Assembly: GCA_963795085.1 (NCBI GenBank)
Contig: CAWCFX010000004.1
Span: forward strand, 672,001 to 736,000
From: an uncultured Gemmatimonadales bacterium
Lineage (GTDB): Bacteria; Gemmatimonadota; Gemmatimonadetes; Gemmatimonadales; GWC2-71-9
Length of the DNA: 64,000 nt
Direction: 5' to 3'
Numbering within the stretch: position 1 is the stretch's first letter; each line of letters opens with the position of its first letter. The notes below the pieces were generated by a model that was not told the origin of the DNA, searched no databases, and saw nothing but the letters and a program-made list of their open reading frames with translations. Shown here in pieces: positions 39,304 through 49,990 of the stretch. The position numbers and the translations under genes are program-made.

Positions 39304-40656
39304 TCACTCCCGGTAGTGCAGTCGCGCGATCCTCGCCGGGTTCTTCCCCGGCGACTCTCCATATGCCAGCCAGACGTCGCCCCGTTCCGAATCTACCCAC
39401 AGGTGGCGGACCAGCGCGCCATTGGTGGGAAGCCCGTAGGTGGTAAACTGCCGGGTGACCGGATCGTAGGCGAACACCGCGTCGGCGGCGCCGGTTCCTA
39501 CCCAGACCGTTCCGGTAGCCGAGTCCACCCGCGCGACGTAGGGCGCGGCATCCTTGATCGGGAGCGCGATCTCCTCGAACAGCCTGAGGCGGGGGTCAAA
39601 CCGTACCAGGGTTCCCCCCCCATAGGCCGGGATCCACAAAATCCCGTTCCGGTCCACGTCGAAACGGCGGGGGCCGCTGTGGGCGGTGGGCATGGGGAAC
39701 GCCTCGGCGGCGCCGGTCCGGGGATCGAGCACCACCATCCGGTTGCCCTGCAGTTCGCTCATCCAGATTCGCCCGTCCGGTGCGGCGCGGAGCTCGTAGG
39801 GGATGGGTCCTCCTCCTCCGGTCGCCAGGTCCGGGTGGAGGGGCAGGTCGTGGGTGCGAATCTCGCCCGCCGCCGTGACCTCCTTGATCTGCTCCGGGTT
39901 GCGGGAGAAGTGGCCGTTCGCGTAGGCGCTTCCGTTTACCCCCAGCGCGATGCTGTGGGCGTAGAATCCGATGTCGAACCAGGTCCAGCTGCCCCCGTCG
40001 TAGCGGCCGACCTGTCCGGGGCCGCCCAGGACCACCCACCAGCGGCCTTCCTTGTCGATGTCCACCGCACGCGGATTGGCGTGGTCGAACATGTCCACCG
40101 GCGTCCAGATGCCCAGGGTCGGCTCCAGCGAGTACATCTTGTGGGAGAACATCCCGGTCACGATGACCCGGCCGTTCCGGTCCACCGCCACATCGTGCGG
40201 CAGGTCGCCGCCCACGGGAAAGAGGTATTCCCGCACCCGGTCGGACGGTGCCGGGCCGTTTGCCGCCGGCTGGGTCCGCTGCCTGGGGAGGTGGCGGGCC
40301 AGCCAGGCCGCGCTGCCGGCCGGGGTCTGCGCCGCCGAAATGACCGGGAACCCGGAACTGGGCCCGGCAAATCCGAGCATCCGCTGGATCGCGGCCGACC
40401 AGTCCGCCTCGCTTCGAGGCTGCCCGCCAGGCTGGGTCCGTACCGCATCAAACTGGTGACAGCCGGTGCAGTCAATGATGAACTGACGCTTCTCCGGCCC
40501 ATCAGGCAGCAGCGCCAGCCACGCCGAGCTCGGCGCCGTCGTATCGGCGGAGATGGCTGCGGGAGTCGAGGGGGCCAGGCGGAAGGACGTCAGCGCGAGC
40601 CCGAGGACGCCGGTGGAGACCAGCAGTATCCGGCCCGAAGTCGGGAAGTTTGGCAT
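39304..40656 (-). CDS. Secreted mono-haem cytochrome c + Vgb-lyase-like beta-propeller fusion
   Basis: CTGCH, W...IQRM; repeats PHDVAVD..G, P..VDID..G..W, PY......DG.IW.SE, GPRR.D.D..G.LW. Confidence 0.8.
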   Translation of the reverse strand: MPNFPTSGRILLVSTGVLGLALTSFRLAPSTPAAISADTTAPSSAWLALLPDGPEKRQFIIDCTGCHQFDAVRTQPGGQPRSEADWSAAIQRMLGFAGPSSGFPVISAAQTPAGSAAWLARHLPRQRTQPAANGPAPSDRVREYLFPVGGDLPHDVAVDRNGRVIVTGMFSHKMYSLEPTLGIWTPVDMFDHANPRAVDIDKEGRWWVVLGGPGQVGRYDGGSWTWFDIGFYAHSIALGVNGSAYANGHFSRNPEQIKEVTAAGEIRTHDLPLHPDLATGGGGPIPYELRAAPDGRIWMSELQGNRMVVLDPRTGAAEAFPMPTAHSGPRRFDVDRNGILWIPAYGGGTLVRFDPRLRLFEEIALPIKDAAPYVARVDSATGTVWVGTGAADAVFAYDPVTRQFTTYGLPTNGALVRHLWVDSERGDVWLAYGESPGKNPARIARLHYRE

Positions 40657-40740
40657 TCCGGCATTACGAACCAGTCTCGGTCCGGTTTCGCGGCTGGGCC
40701 GATTACTTTTCATGGATGTAACCCTTTTCCCGAGCCGAAC

Positions 40741-41634
40741 ATGAACGAAGTTGACTATCCCTATCTGATCGCCATCGCCACCCTGGCCTCCCGGGCCGAT
40801 GGGCACTCCGGGGTCGCCGAGCAGGAGGCCATTGACCGGGTGCTGGACCGGATCGGGCGGCCCGACGTCTCCGATATCTCGCGCCGTGCCGCGGCGGGGG
40901 AACTCCGGCTGGCGGACCTGGCCGGCAAACTGTCCAGCGAGGAGAGCCGCCGGCTGGCCTACGAGACCGCCTTGACCGTCTGCAACGCCGATGGGTCCGC
41001 CAACCTGGCGGAGCAGACCTTTCTCGAGGAGCTCCGGGACAAGCTTGGGCTTACTCCGGCGAGCGTGCAGGACATGACCGCCACCGCCGGACAACTCGCC
41101 GGCTCCCCGCTGCCCGAAAGCGGCACCGCCGGCGCCGGCCCGCCGGACCACGGTGACATGATCCTGCAGCATGCGATGCTGACGGGTGCCCTCGAGTTGC
41201 TGCCGGATCGTTTGGCCAATATCGCGGTGCTCCCGGTGCAACTGCGGATGGTGTACCAGATCGGCCAGGGCCACGGCCAGAAACTGGATGCCAGCCAGGT
41301 AAAGGATCTCGCGGCGACCATGGGCCTGGGCATCGCTGCGCAGGCGGTCGAGAGCGTCGTCATCAAGGCAGTGGGGGGTCTGCTCGGCGGTCTACTGGGC
41401 GGCGCGTCCCGGGTGGCCGGCGGCGCGGCCATCACCTTTGCCGCCACCTATGCGCTGGGACATGTCGCCGACCAGTACTACGCCCAGGGCCGCACCCTGA
41501 GCGCGACGGACCTGAAGGCGCTCTTTACCAGGTTCCAGTCGGATGCGAAGACACTGTATCCCCGGGTGCAGGAACAGATCCAGGCTCAGTCGCGATCGCT
41601 CAACCTGGCGGCGGTGCTGGACAAGGTGAGGTAG
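40741..41634 (+). CDS. TerB-like/DUF533 + DUF697-like protein
   Basis: A.ADG.....E and LAYE.A..VC.ADG....E..FL; LELLP..LA..AV.P.Q..MVY.IG; glycine-rich helix. Confidence 0.75.
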   Translation: MNEVDYPYLIAIATLASRADGHSGVAEQEAIDRVLDRIGRPDVSDISRRAAAGELRLADLAGKLSSEESRRLAYETALTVCNADGSANLAEQTFLEELRDKLGLTPASVQDMTATAGQLAGSPLPESGTAGAGPPDHGDMILQHAMLTGALELLPDRLANIAVLPVQLRMVYQIGQGHGQKLDASQVKDLAATMGLGIAAQAVESVVIKAVGGLLGGLLGGASRVAGGAAITFAATYALGHVADQYYAQGRTLSATDLKALFTRFQSDAKTLYPRVQEQIQAQSRSLNLAAVLDKVR

Positions 41635-41767
41635 GAATTGAGGGAATGGGGGAATTGAGGAATTGATGGAATTGATGGAATTGAGGGAATTGAGGGAATT
41701 GAGAAATTTGCTGCCAATTCCCCCATTCCCCCATTCCCTCAATTCCCCCCTCCCCTCAATTCCTTCC
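41635..41767. repeat. GAATTGAGG 9-mer repeat family, copy 3 (8 direct units then inverted units)
   Basis: Direct units 41635-41704, then ccctcaattc/cccccattc inverted units to 41763, between convergent genes. Confidence 0.9.
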
Positions 41768-42658
41768 GTTGCCGCTGTCCAGCAGGAACTTGTAGCTCCC
41801 GTCGGGCTGCCGGCGCCACACGGTGAGATACTTGCCCTGGTAAACCGAGGCGCCCGGTTCGCGCGATGACCGGATCGTTGCTTCGCCGGCAGTGAACCCG
41901 AGGTCGCCGCCGGCGGCAGCGCCGCCAAAGACCGGGTGCCAGGCCCACACCGAAAGCATCCGGGCCGGCGTGGAGAGGCGTGCCTGGATAGCCTCGGGGC
42001 CAATCAGCAGGGGCCGCTCTCCCGGCGGTGTCGTCGCGTCGGGCGCCGCGTAGCGCCCAAAGGCGATACCGGCTCCACTGTCCCCCGCCAGCCTGGCAAA
42101 GGCCAGGTCCGCCTCGGCCATCAGCCGGGCCGGGCCGTTCATCAACGGCACCGGCCCCCGGTCAGGATCCGCCAGCGGCTGCAGCTTTCCTTCCCCGATG
42201 AGCCCGTTCTCGAGCAGCGCGACGATCTTCCAGGGTTGGGTCGGCGCCATCCGCCGCCAGACGATGATGTAGTGCCCATGAACCGAAGCCGAATCGGGCG
42301 GGTGGGCCATCCGCCGGATGATGGTGGCGCCGGTCGTAGCTCCATAGGTGCCATCGCCGGAAACCGCCAGAAATACGGGCAGACGCTCCAGCCGGACCTG
42401 GCTGATGGCCGGCTGGGAGGCGAGGGCGTGAATGATGCGGCTCCGGCTGGCAATAAAGGGCGCCCCTTCCAGCAGCAGCACCGCGTCTTCGGCCAGCGCT
42501 CCCTCGAGCCCGGCGACCAGGCCCCGGTCGAAGACGGATCTCGCGACCGCCTGCTCCGCCTCCAGCAGAGACGCCTGGGCTTCCGGGGCGCCCTGGGCAT
42601 GCAGGGGCGCCAGGGCCGTGACCAGCAGGATGGATGCGGTAACAGTGAAGCGATTCAT
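41756..42658 (-). CDS. Secreted tandem NTF2/DUF4440 protein
   Basis: Two similar halves (SGDG.YG.T.G...G.Y..VWRR and GGDLGFT.G...GKYLTVWRRQ.DG..K..LD.G). Confidence 0.82.
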   Translation of the reverse strand: MNRFTVTASILLVTALAPLHAQGAPEAQASLLEAEQAVARSVFDRGLVAGLEGALAEDAVLLLEGAPFIASRSRIIHALASQPAISQVRLERLPVFLAVSGDGTYGATTGATIIRRMAHPPDSASVHGHYIIVWRRMAPTQPWKIVALLENGLIGEGKLQPLADPDRGPVPLMNGPARLMAEADLAFARLAGDSGAGIAFGRYAAPDATTPPGERPLLIGPEAIQARLSTPARMLSVWAWHPVFGGAAAGGDLGFTAGEATIRSSREPGASVYQGKYLTVWRRQPDGSYKFLLDSGNGRN

Positions 42659-45600
42659 TATCCGGCTGAACCGGTGGCCCGGTCCCCAGGTGGAGGGTTC
42701 AGCGCCCGGCGGCGAACCAGGGCGCGTTCGATTTCATATGCGGTGTACGACCCGAAGTCTCCCAGCTGGCGCACGGTACCTCCCTCCAGCGCCGCGAGCG
42801 GCACACCGTCGCCGAAGACGATCCGGTTCTTGCGAAGTGCCGGCACCCGCTCGCCCGGCGTGACGATACCCACGAGGTTGAGCGGATCGGCGGCGCTGAT
42901 GCTGATCAGCCGGCCCGCAGGCGGCTCCCGGCGGACCGCCCGAAGCGAGCCCACCGCCTCGGGCAAGGCGAACTGTTCGCCCGACATGCCATGCACGAAG
43001 CGGCCGCCCCGGATTTCGCCCCGCGCCTCCAGACGGCGGTACACCATCGCCAGTTTCCGCCAGGGAATCGTCAGGCTCTCCCGCAGCAGGGCCCGGCGGA
43101 AGACCACCCCATAGCGGCGGAGAAAAGTCCAGGCCGCGGCCTCGATGGCCTCGCCCTCGTCCCGCGGGCCGGCATGGCTCAGCAGCGACCAGCGCCCCGC
43201 GCTCTCCACGCCGGCCGCCGCCATGCGGAACCGGCGGGTGCTGCTTCCGAACGGCTTTCGCCTGTCGGAGGGAACCAGCAGTGCCCGCAACCCCGCGAAA
43301 CTGTCCGAGGTCACCAGGCCCGCCGCCGCCAGTTCGCCCAGCGCGGCTTCGACCTGGGTATTGAGCAGGCCGGACCCCTGCACCAGATCATGATAAAACG
43401 AAGCGCCCCGCTGCTGTAGTACGCTCAGCACTTCCCTGGCATAGGTTGACAGCCCCTCGCCCGGGTTTTCCGGGACGCTCTGCAGGGCCAGCCACAGGTC
43501 GGCATGGGGACGGAGGAACAACGCGATGGGGGTGGAACGAATCGGCCGGCCCGCCTCTCCGCCCCCCCGTTTCCCGTCGAGCCGTCCCCACATCACCCGG
43601 CCGGTCAGGCAGAGCGTATCCAGGAGCGTGGGATCGTAGTCTTCACAACGGGCCGCCAGCAGGTCGCTCTCCCAGGCTGCCGCCGGACTCTCGAATCCAT
43701 CCAGCTGGCCGACGACGGAGGCGAGTCCTTCCACTCCGCGCACCCGGTGGTCCGGATCCATGCGCTGCCAGGCGAAGAGGAAGCGCAGGTACTCCGCCTG
43801 GGTGACCGGCGCGATTTCCGCACGGAGCCGGTTGAGCGTGTAGCGGTGAATCCGGGCCAGCAGCCGGCGGTCGCACCACTCGAGGGGGCCAGGGGGCAAG
43901 GCGGCCAGGGGGCTGTTGGTCCTGTCACGCGGGGTGAATGTCCCCCGTAGCACCACCCCTTCGCCTTCCAGCTGGGCCAGGGCAATGTCGGCGTCCGAAC
44001 TATCAATGCCCAGTGATTCGGCCAGGGCTGCAGCGGTGACGGGACCAACAACCTCCAGCCGCCCGCGCAGCAACTCCCGGATTGCCCCGCTGCGGTCCAG
44101 GGTAGAGCCCGGGGGAGCCGGCTCGGCGGGGCGCAGCAGGGCTTCGGGGTGAACCCGAACGATCTCGTCGGTCCGCTCGGTGGCCACCCAGAGGAAGAGG
44201 CCTCTCGCCGGGACCGCGATGCGCTTGACCCGCCCAGTCGCCTCCAGCTGGTCCAGCAGCGGCACCCAGCCGGACGCCGCCTCTCCCGCCGGCCTCGTGG
44301 CTTCCGGGTTCGAGACAAAGCCGGCCATGAGCAGCGCGTCGTGCATCTCGTCGGCGTCGCGGGGGTCGGGCCAGGCTTCTTCCCGCACCCGCTCGATGGC
44401 CGCGGAGTCCAGCGCTCCCAGGTCGGCGGCGGTCGAAGGGTCGAGCGCGCGGCGGGTCAGCACGGCCTGGGTCCGCCGCTCTTCGAGCGGCGCATCGTCG
44501 AGGAAGGCGTACGGCTTGGCGTTCAGGATTTCGTGGGTAAGCGGCGATGGCTCGGGCAGGTCCCGGGCAATGAGCCGGACCCGGCCGCCGTGAATCTTCT
44601 CCAGGATCTCCTTGAGCTGGTCAACATCCATGGCCTCCCGGAGGCAGTCGCTGATGGTCTGCCGGGCCAGCGGATGGCCGGGGATCTCCCGGTCGCCGGG
44701 AATGTTTTCCAGGCAGGCGGCCGCATCCGGGAACACGGCGGAGAGCAGGTCTTCCGACATCATCCGCTGCAGTTGGGGGGCGACCTTGGCGCCGTTCCTG
44801 TTGCGGGGGACCGCCAGCGAGATGTTCGCGTTCCACCGCCACCGGGTGCCGAACACGGGCGCGTCCAGCAGGGCCTGCACCAGGATATTCTCCAGCGAGG
44901 CCGGATGGAGGAAACGAAAGACATCGTCCAGCGGGAACGAGTGCTGCGGCCCCAGCGACAGGAGAATGGCTTCTTCGGTCGCGGCCGCCTGCAATTCGAA
45001 ATTGAACTGGCGGCAGAAGCGTTTGCGCAGCGCCAGTCCCCATGCCCGGTTGACCCGGCTGCCGAAGGGCGAGTGAATCACCAGCTGCATGCCGCCGGCC
45101 TCATCGAAGAACCGTTCGATGATGATCGTATCCTGGGTCGGGAGGGCGCCGAGGAGGCGGTGGGACTCGCCGAGGTAGGCGACGATCTGCTCGGCCGCGG
45201 CCCGCATCGCCGGCTCCCCTCCTTCTGACAGGGAAGGGGTGACCGCCAGTTCGGCTTCCAGCCAGGCGGCCGCGGTGCCGTCGTCGAGGCGCTGCTCCAC
45301 CTCGCGGCGCAGGGCTGCCACCGCCTGCGACAGTTCGGCGCTTCGGGCCGGCGCCTCGCCCAGCCAGAACGGGATAGTCGGCGGCTGGCCCTTCGCATCC
45401 TCGACCCGCACCGTGCCGCTCGCCACCTGCAGGATTCGCCAGGAGGTGTTGCCCAGCTGGAAGATGTCGCCGGCCGAGCTCTCGATGGCGAAGTCCTCGT
45501 TCAGGGTGCCGATGGTGATCCGCTCCGGCTCCAGCACCACCCGGTAGTCGGCATTCTCGGGGATGGCGCCGCCGGACATGATGGCCGCCATGCGGGCGCC

Positions 45601-47052
45601 GCGGCGTCCCCGGATCCGCTGGTTAATGGCGTCCTGGTGTACCAGCGCGCCCCGGCGGCCGCGCTGGGTGGCGAAGCCCTGCGACACCATTTGAACCACT
45701 TCGTCGAATTCTTCCCGCGCGAGGCCCCGGTAGGGATACGCGCCTCGATACAGGTCATACAACTCGCCCTGGCCCCAGTCCTCCGCCGCCGACTCGGCCA
45801 CGATCTGCTGGGCCAGCACATCGAGAGGCTTCTCCATCACGATGAGGTGGTCCAGCTCCCCGGCGCGCACCGCCCGGACCAGGGAGGCGCATTCCACGAG
45901 GTCGTCCCGGGTGAGCGGGAAAATCCGGCCTTTCGGCGTGCCCTGGACGGTATGACCTGACCGCCCCACCCGTTGCAGGAAGGTCGCGATGCGGTGGGGC
46001 GAGGAGATCTGGCATACCAGGTCCACGTGGCCGATATCGATGCCCAGCTCGAGCGAGGCGGTCGCGACCAGGGCGCGCAGCTTGCCGCCCCTGAGGCGCT
46101 CTTCGGCGTCCAGCCGGACCTCCTTGGCCAGGCTGCCATGGTGCGCGGTCACCGCGGACTCGCCCAGCCGTTCCGCCAGCTGCCGGGCCAGTCGCTCGGC
46201 CAGCCGGCGGGTATTGACGAAGACCAGGGTGGTCTGGTGCCCGGTAATCAGCTCGGTAAGACGCCCATAGACTTCTTCCCATACTTCCCCGGACATGACC
46301 GCCTCGAGCGGAGAACCGGGAAGCTCGAGCGCGAGATCCATCTCGCGGCGATGGCCGCGGTTGATGATCGTGACTGCTTCCGCCATCCCGCCGGTGCGGC
46401 CGCCGGCCAGCCACTTTGCCACCGTTTCGATGGGCTTCTGCGTCGCCGAGAGGCCGATCCGCTGAACCGGCTGCTCCGCCACATGGGCCAGCCGTTCCAG
46501 GGTGAGGGCGAGGTGGGCGCCTCGCCGCGACTCGATCACCGCATGGATTTCGTCCACGATGACCGTGCGGACCGTCTTGAGCATGTTGCGGCTGCGCTCG
46601 GCGGTCAGCAGGAGGTAGAGCGACTCGGGGGTCGTGACGAGAATGTGGGGCGGGTGGCGCAGCATGGCTGCCCGGTCCGCGGTCGGCGTGTCCCCGGTGC
46701 GCACCGCGGCGGTAATGCGGGCCGGGGCCAGGCCCATCGCCTCCGCCATCTGGCGGATCTCGCGCCGCGGCTCGGCCAGGTTCTTGTGGATGTCGCTGCT
46801 CAAGGCCTTGAGCGGCGACACGTAGATCACCCGCACCTCCTCCGGCAACTCGTGGTCGATGCCTTCCCGGAGCAGCTGGTCCAGCGCGTTGAGGAAGGCG
46901 GCCAGGGTCTTGCCGGAACCGGTCGGGGCCGCGATCAGCGTGTCCCGGCCGGCCCGAATGGCTTCCCAGCCCTCCTGCTGGGCAGAAGTAGGCTGGCCGA
47001 TTTTCTCAAGAAACCAGCGGGCAACGGCGGGATGGAAACCAGCGAGGGACAT
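42658..47052 (-). CDS. lhr: Lhr-family DEAD/DEAH-box helicase
   Basis: APTGSGKT, YVSPLKAL, TTPESL, DEIH, SAT, HHGSL, QRVGRSGH; long C-terminal winged-helix region. Confidence 0.95.
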   Translation of the reverse strand: MSLAGFHPAVARWFLEKIGQPTSAQQEGWEAIRAGRDTLIAAPTGSGKTLAAFLNALDQLLREGIDHELPEEVRVIYVSPLKALSSDIHKNLAEPRREIRQMAEAMGLAPARITAAVRTGDTPTADRAAMLRHPPHILVTTPESLYLLLTAERSRNMLKTVRTVIVDEIHAVIESRRGAHLALTLERLAHVAEQPVQRIGLSATQKPIETVAKWLAGGRTGGMAEAVTIINRGHRREMDLALELPGSPLEAVMSGEVWEEVYGRLTELITGHQTTLVFVNTRRLAERLARQLAERLGESAVTAHHGSLAKEVRLDAEERLRGGKLRALVATASLELGIDIGHVDLVCQISSPHRIATFLQRVGRSGHTVQGTPKGRIFPLTRDDLVECASLVRAVRAGELDHLIVMEKPLDVLAQQIVAESAAEDWGQGELYDLYRGAYPYRGLAREEFDEVVQMVSQGFATQRGRRGALVHQDAINQRIRGRRGARMAAIMSGGAIPENADYRVVLEPERITIGTLNEDFAIESSAGDIFQLGNTSWRILQVASGTVRVEDAKGQPPTIPFWLGEAPARSAELSQAVAALRREVEQRLDDGTAAAWLEAELAVTPSLSEGGEPAMRAAAEQIVAYLGESHRLLGALPTQDTIIIERFFDEAGGMQLVIHSPFGSRVNRAWGLALRKRFCRQFNFELQAAATEEAILLSLGPQHSFPLDDVFRFLHPASLENILVQALLDAPVFGTRWRWNANISLAVPRNRNGAKVAPQLQRMMSEDLLSAVFPDAAACLENIPGDREIPGHPLARQTISDCLREAMDVDQLKEILEKIHGGRVRLIARDLPEPSPLTHEILNAKPYAFLDDAPLEERRTQAVLTRRALDPSTAADLGALDSAAIERVREEAWPDPRDADEMHDALLMAGFVSNPEATRPAGEAASGWVPLLDQLEATGRVKRIAVPARGLFLWVATERTDEIVRVHPEALLRPAEPAPPGSTLDRSGAIRELLRGRLEVVGPVTAAALAESLGIDSSDADIALAQLEGEGVVLRGTFTPRDRTNSPLAALPPGPLEWCDRRLLARIHRYTLNRLRAEIAPVTQAEYLRFLFAWQRMDPDHRVRGVEGLASVVGQLDGFESPAAAWESDLLAARCEDYDPTLLDTLCLTGRVMWGRLDGKRGGGEAGRPIRSTPIALFLRPHADLWLALQSVPENPGEGLSTYAREVLSVLQQRGASFYHDLVQGSGLLNTQVEAALGELAAAGLVTSDSFAGLRALLVPSDRRKPFGSSTRRFRMAAAGVESAGRWSLLSHAGPRDEGEAIEAAAWTFLRRYGVVFRRALLRESLTIPWRKLAMVYRRLEARGEIRGGRFVHGMSGEQFALPEAVGSLRAVRREPPAGRLISISAADPLNLVGIVTPGERVPALRKNRIVFGDGVPLAALEGGTVRQLGDFGSYTAYEIERALVRRRALNPPPGDRATGSAG

Positions 47053-47112
47053 GGAGGGAAGATAATTGGCGATGGTTCAATAGTCATTGATCCATGCACC
47101 CATGGCCAGGGG

Positions 47113-48564
47113 CTACTGGCCGCTGGCCAATGCCTTGCCCAGGCTCTGCACCGTCTCCACCAGCATCCGCAGGTCGTCGATACGGGTTCTGTGATTGGTG
47201 ATCGCGCAGCGGATGGCGAACCGGCCACGCAGGACCGTACTGGAGGGCAGGGCGATACCAGAGTCCTGGAGCCGAAGCAGCAGTTCGCGGTTGAGCGCAT
47301 TCAGGCCGGTGTCATCCATTCCGGGACGGGTATAGCGGAAGCAGACCACGTTGAGCGGCACCGGGGCGAGCCGCTCCAGCTCCGGGGCGGCGTCGATCAG
47401 GTGGGCCAGGTGGCGGGCCTGCTCCACGTTCTGCCGGGCGAGGCGGCCGAAGGTTTCGGTGCCGTGTTCCAGGAACGACATCCACACCTTGAGGCTGCGG
47501 AACCCGCGGGAGAGTTCCGGGCCCAGCTGGGAGAAATCGACCGGGCCGGCCGCGGCTCCCCGTTCCAGCGGCTCCAGGTAGCTGGCGGCGGCCGCGAATG
47601 ACGCCTGCCGGTGGGCCGCCGCGTCCCGGAACAGGATGCAGCCGGCATCATACGGGACGTGCAGCCACTTGTGCAGGTCAAAGGCGAGCGAGTCGGCCCG
47701 CTCCATGCCCTCAAGCAGCGGCTTGAGCTCGGGTGCCAGGGCGGCAATGGCGCCGAACGCCCCGTCCACGTGGAGCCAGATCTTCTCGGCCTGGCAGAAA
47801 TCGGCCAGGTCCGCGAGTGGATCGATGGCGCCGGTATTGACCGTGCCGGCGTTGGCGACGATGCAGGCGGGCGTCATTCCGGCCGCCCGGTCGCTCTCGA
47901 CCCGGGCCCGGAGCGCGTCCATCTCGAGCCGGAACTCGCCGTCCACCGGGATCTTGCGGAGGAATGCCCGGCCGATCCCGAGCAGGGCGACGGCCTTGTC
48001 GATGGAACTGTGGGTCTGTTCGGAGCAATAGATGGTGCGCTGGGCCGGCTGGGCCCGCAGTCCGTCACTGGCGATATCGCCGGCCGAATCGCGCGCCACC
48101 GCGAGGCCCAGCAGGTTGGCCACCGACCCGCCGGTCACCAGGATGCCGCTTCCATCCCGGGGAAACCCCATTAGTTCCCGGCACCATTCCAGCACCTGCA
48201 GCTCTACCAGCGTCGCCGACTGCTGCCCCAGGGAGGCGTTGGTGTTCATCGCCGCCGCGATCAGTTCGGCCAGGATGCCGCCCGCGGTGCCGGAACCATT
48301 GACCCAGCCCCAGAAGCGGGGATGCCGGTTTCCCCACGCATAGGGAATCACCAGTTCCTTCGCAGCCTGGTAGCTGGCCTCGGCACCGATGCCGTCCCGG
48401 GGGACGGGCCGGCGCAGTCCCGCCCGGACCGACTCGGGGATCGGTTGCCAGACCGGGCGCTCTCGGACCGACTCCAGCTGGCTGAACATGTCGTCGAGAA
48501 TGGTGTGGCCCAGCGCGCGGAGGGCGGTCCAGTCGGAAGGGTCGAGGGTCGTTTCGTCGGTCAC
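47113..48564 (-). CDS. Group II PLP-dependent (aromatic amino acid/glutamate-type) decarboxylase
   Basis: HPRF.GW, GGS.AN, HSS..KA, AGTVNTGAID, WLHVDGAFG, DLHKW (PLP Lys). Confidence 0.92.
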   Translation of the reverse strand: MTDETTLDPSDWTALRALGHTILDDMFSQLESVRERPVWQPIPESVRAGLRRPVPRDGIGAEASYQAAKELVIPYAWGNRHPRFWGWVNGSGTAGGILAELIAAAMNTNASLGQQSATLVELQVLEWCRELMGFPRDGSGILVTGGSVANLLGLAVARDSAGDIASDGLRAQPAQRTIYCSEQTHSSIDKAVALLGIGRAFLRKIPVDGEFRLEMDALRARVESDRAAGMTPACIVANAGTVNTGAIDPLADLADFCQAEKIWLHVDGAFGAIAALAPELKPLLEGMERADSLAFDLHKWLHVPYDAGCILFRDAAAHRQASFAAAASYLEPLERGAAAGPVDFSQLGPELSRGFRSLKVWMSFLEHGTETFGRLARQNVEQARHLAHLIDAAPELERLAPVPLNVVCFRYTRPGMDDTGLNALNRELLLRLQDSGIALPSSTVLRGRFAIRCAITNHRTRIDDLRMLVETVQSLGKALASGQ

Positions 48565-48598
48565 CGGGGCGTCCTGTAGTTTTGCCCCTAAGATAGCC

Positions 48599-49990
48599 TC
48601 AACGATGGAAGGCCAGCGCGCGCACCGCGGTTGCGGCCACCTGGGCGCTGCTGTCGTAGTTGGAGAGAATGACCACGGTATGGCCCGATTCGGGGTACAT
48701 CTCGATCTGGGCGCTGGTACCCGGGGCGTTGCCGCCTTTCCCGACCCGGTCCGGATGGCCGGCGAGTTCGAACCCGTAGCCGTTGGCCCGACCGAACGGG
48801 AGCTCGGTCCGTGGGGCCAGCAACTCCGCGGTGATGGCCAGCGGGAACAGCCGCGCCGATCGTAATGCATCGAGAAACGCCACCATGTCCCGGGCGGTGG
48901 AGTAGGCCCCTCCCGCCGGGGTGCCCTTGAGGCCCTGGAGGTCCGACGCGTCACGCCGGGCGGCTGGGCCGCCGGCCGTGGCGACCGTGTAGGTCGCCGC
49001 CCGCCGCGGATCCAGGCTGGTGATGGGCTCCCAGTTGGTATCCACCATGCCGGCGGGAGCCAGGATGTTGCGGCGCACATACTCCTCGTAGGAAACGCCC
49101 GAGACGCGTTCCACGATCAGGCCGGCGACGAGGTAGCACTCGTTGCAGTACCGGGTATCGGTGCCCGGCGCAAACTCGGGGGGAGCCGCGACCCGGCGAA
49201 CCAGTTCCGCCAGGGAAATGTTTTCGCGGAGCGCAATCCAGTCGGTGCTGGCACGGCCCAGGCCCGCCGTGTGGGCGAGCAGTTGGCCCACCGTGGCCCC
49301 GCGTGACGCCGCGATGGGATAGTCGGGAAGGAACCGGGACAGGGGGTCGTCAAAGGAGAGTTTTCCTTCGGCGACCAGCTTGCCGAGCGCGGCCGCGGTG
49401 ATGGCCTTGCCCACCGAGGCGATGGGAAACCGGGTGACCATCTGGTTGCGGGTCTGCTGCTCGCGGTTCGCCCATCCGAAGGCGCCCTCGAAAAGCACCC
49501 GGCCATGCCGGGCCACGATGACCGACCCGGAAAAGAGATCGGCCTTCTCCATCGCCTCGAAATAGGCGGCCAGGCGGCGGGCGAGTTCCCTATCCTCCAC
49601 CGCGCGAAGCGCGGCCTGGCGGAGTTCCGGCGGCGGGCCGCCTCCCATCCAGAAGACGGGCGCCTGGTCGGGTACGAAGCCCCCCAGGCTGTCGACCCGC
49701 ACCTCGAACCCGAGCCAACCCCGGGACGTCGTCCCCTCGACCCACACCCGGAGTTGGCGGGGTGAGGCCTCCTCGATTCGCCTGGCTTCCACCGGCCCGA
49801 CAGCCAGTCTCCATCGTCTCCAGCGGGCCGCCTCCAGCTGGTTGGCATTGAACGTACGAATGAGCGTGGCGGCGGCGGTTCCGGCCGGCGTATCGGGCAG
49901 CCGGTCAAGCACTCGGGCCGGCTCCCCCTGGGGCGAGGCCAGGGTGGAGGTGAGGGAGAGCAGCAGGGAGAAGAGCAGAACCCGGGGCAT
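48599..49990 (-). CDS. Secreted serine hydrolase, beta-lactamase-like
   Basis: SxxK (ASVGK), LLAHTAG, YCN, GYGF, KGG, VVILSN. Confidence 0.88.
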   Translation of the reverse strand: MPRVLLFSLLLSLTSTLASPQGEPARVLDRLPDTPAGTAAATLIRTFNANQLEAARWRRWRLAVGPVEARRIEEASPRQLRVWVEGTTSRGWLGFEVRVDSLGGFVPDQAPVFWMGGGPPPELRQAALRAVEDRELARRLAAYFEAMEKADLFSGSVIVARHGRVLFEGAFGWANREQQTRNQMVTRFPIASVGKAITAAALGKLVAEGKLSFDDPLSRFLPDYPIAASRGATVGQLLAHTAGLGRASTDWIALRENISLAELVRRVAAPPEFAPGTDTRYCNECYLVAGLIVERVSGVSYEEYVRRNILAPAGMVDTNWEPITSLDPRRAATYTVATAGGPAARRDASDLQGLKGTPAGGAYSTARDMVAFLDALRSARLFPLAITAELLAPRTELPFGRANGYGFELAGHPDRVGKGGNAPGTSAQIEMYPESGHTVVILSNYDSSAQVAATAVRALAFHR

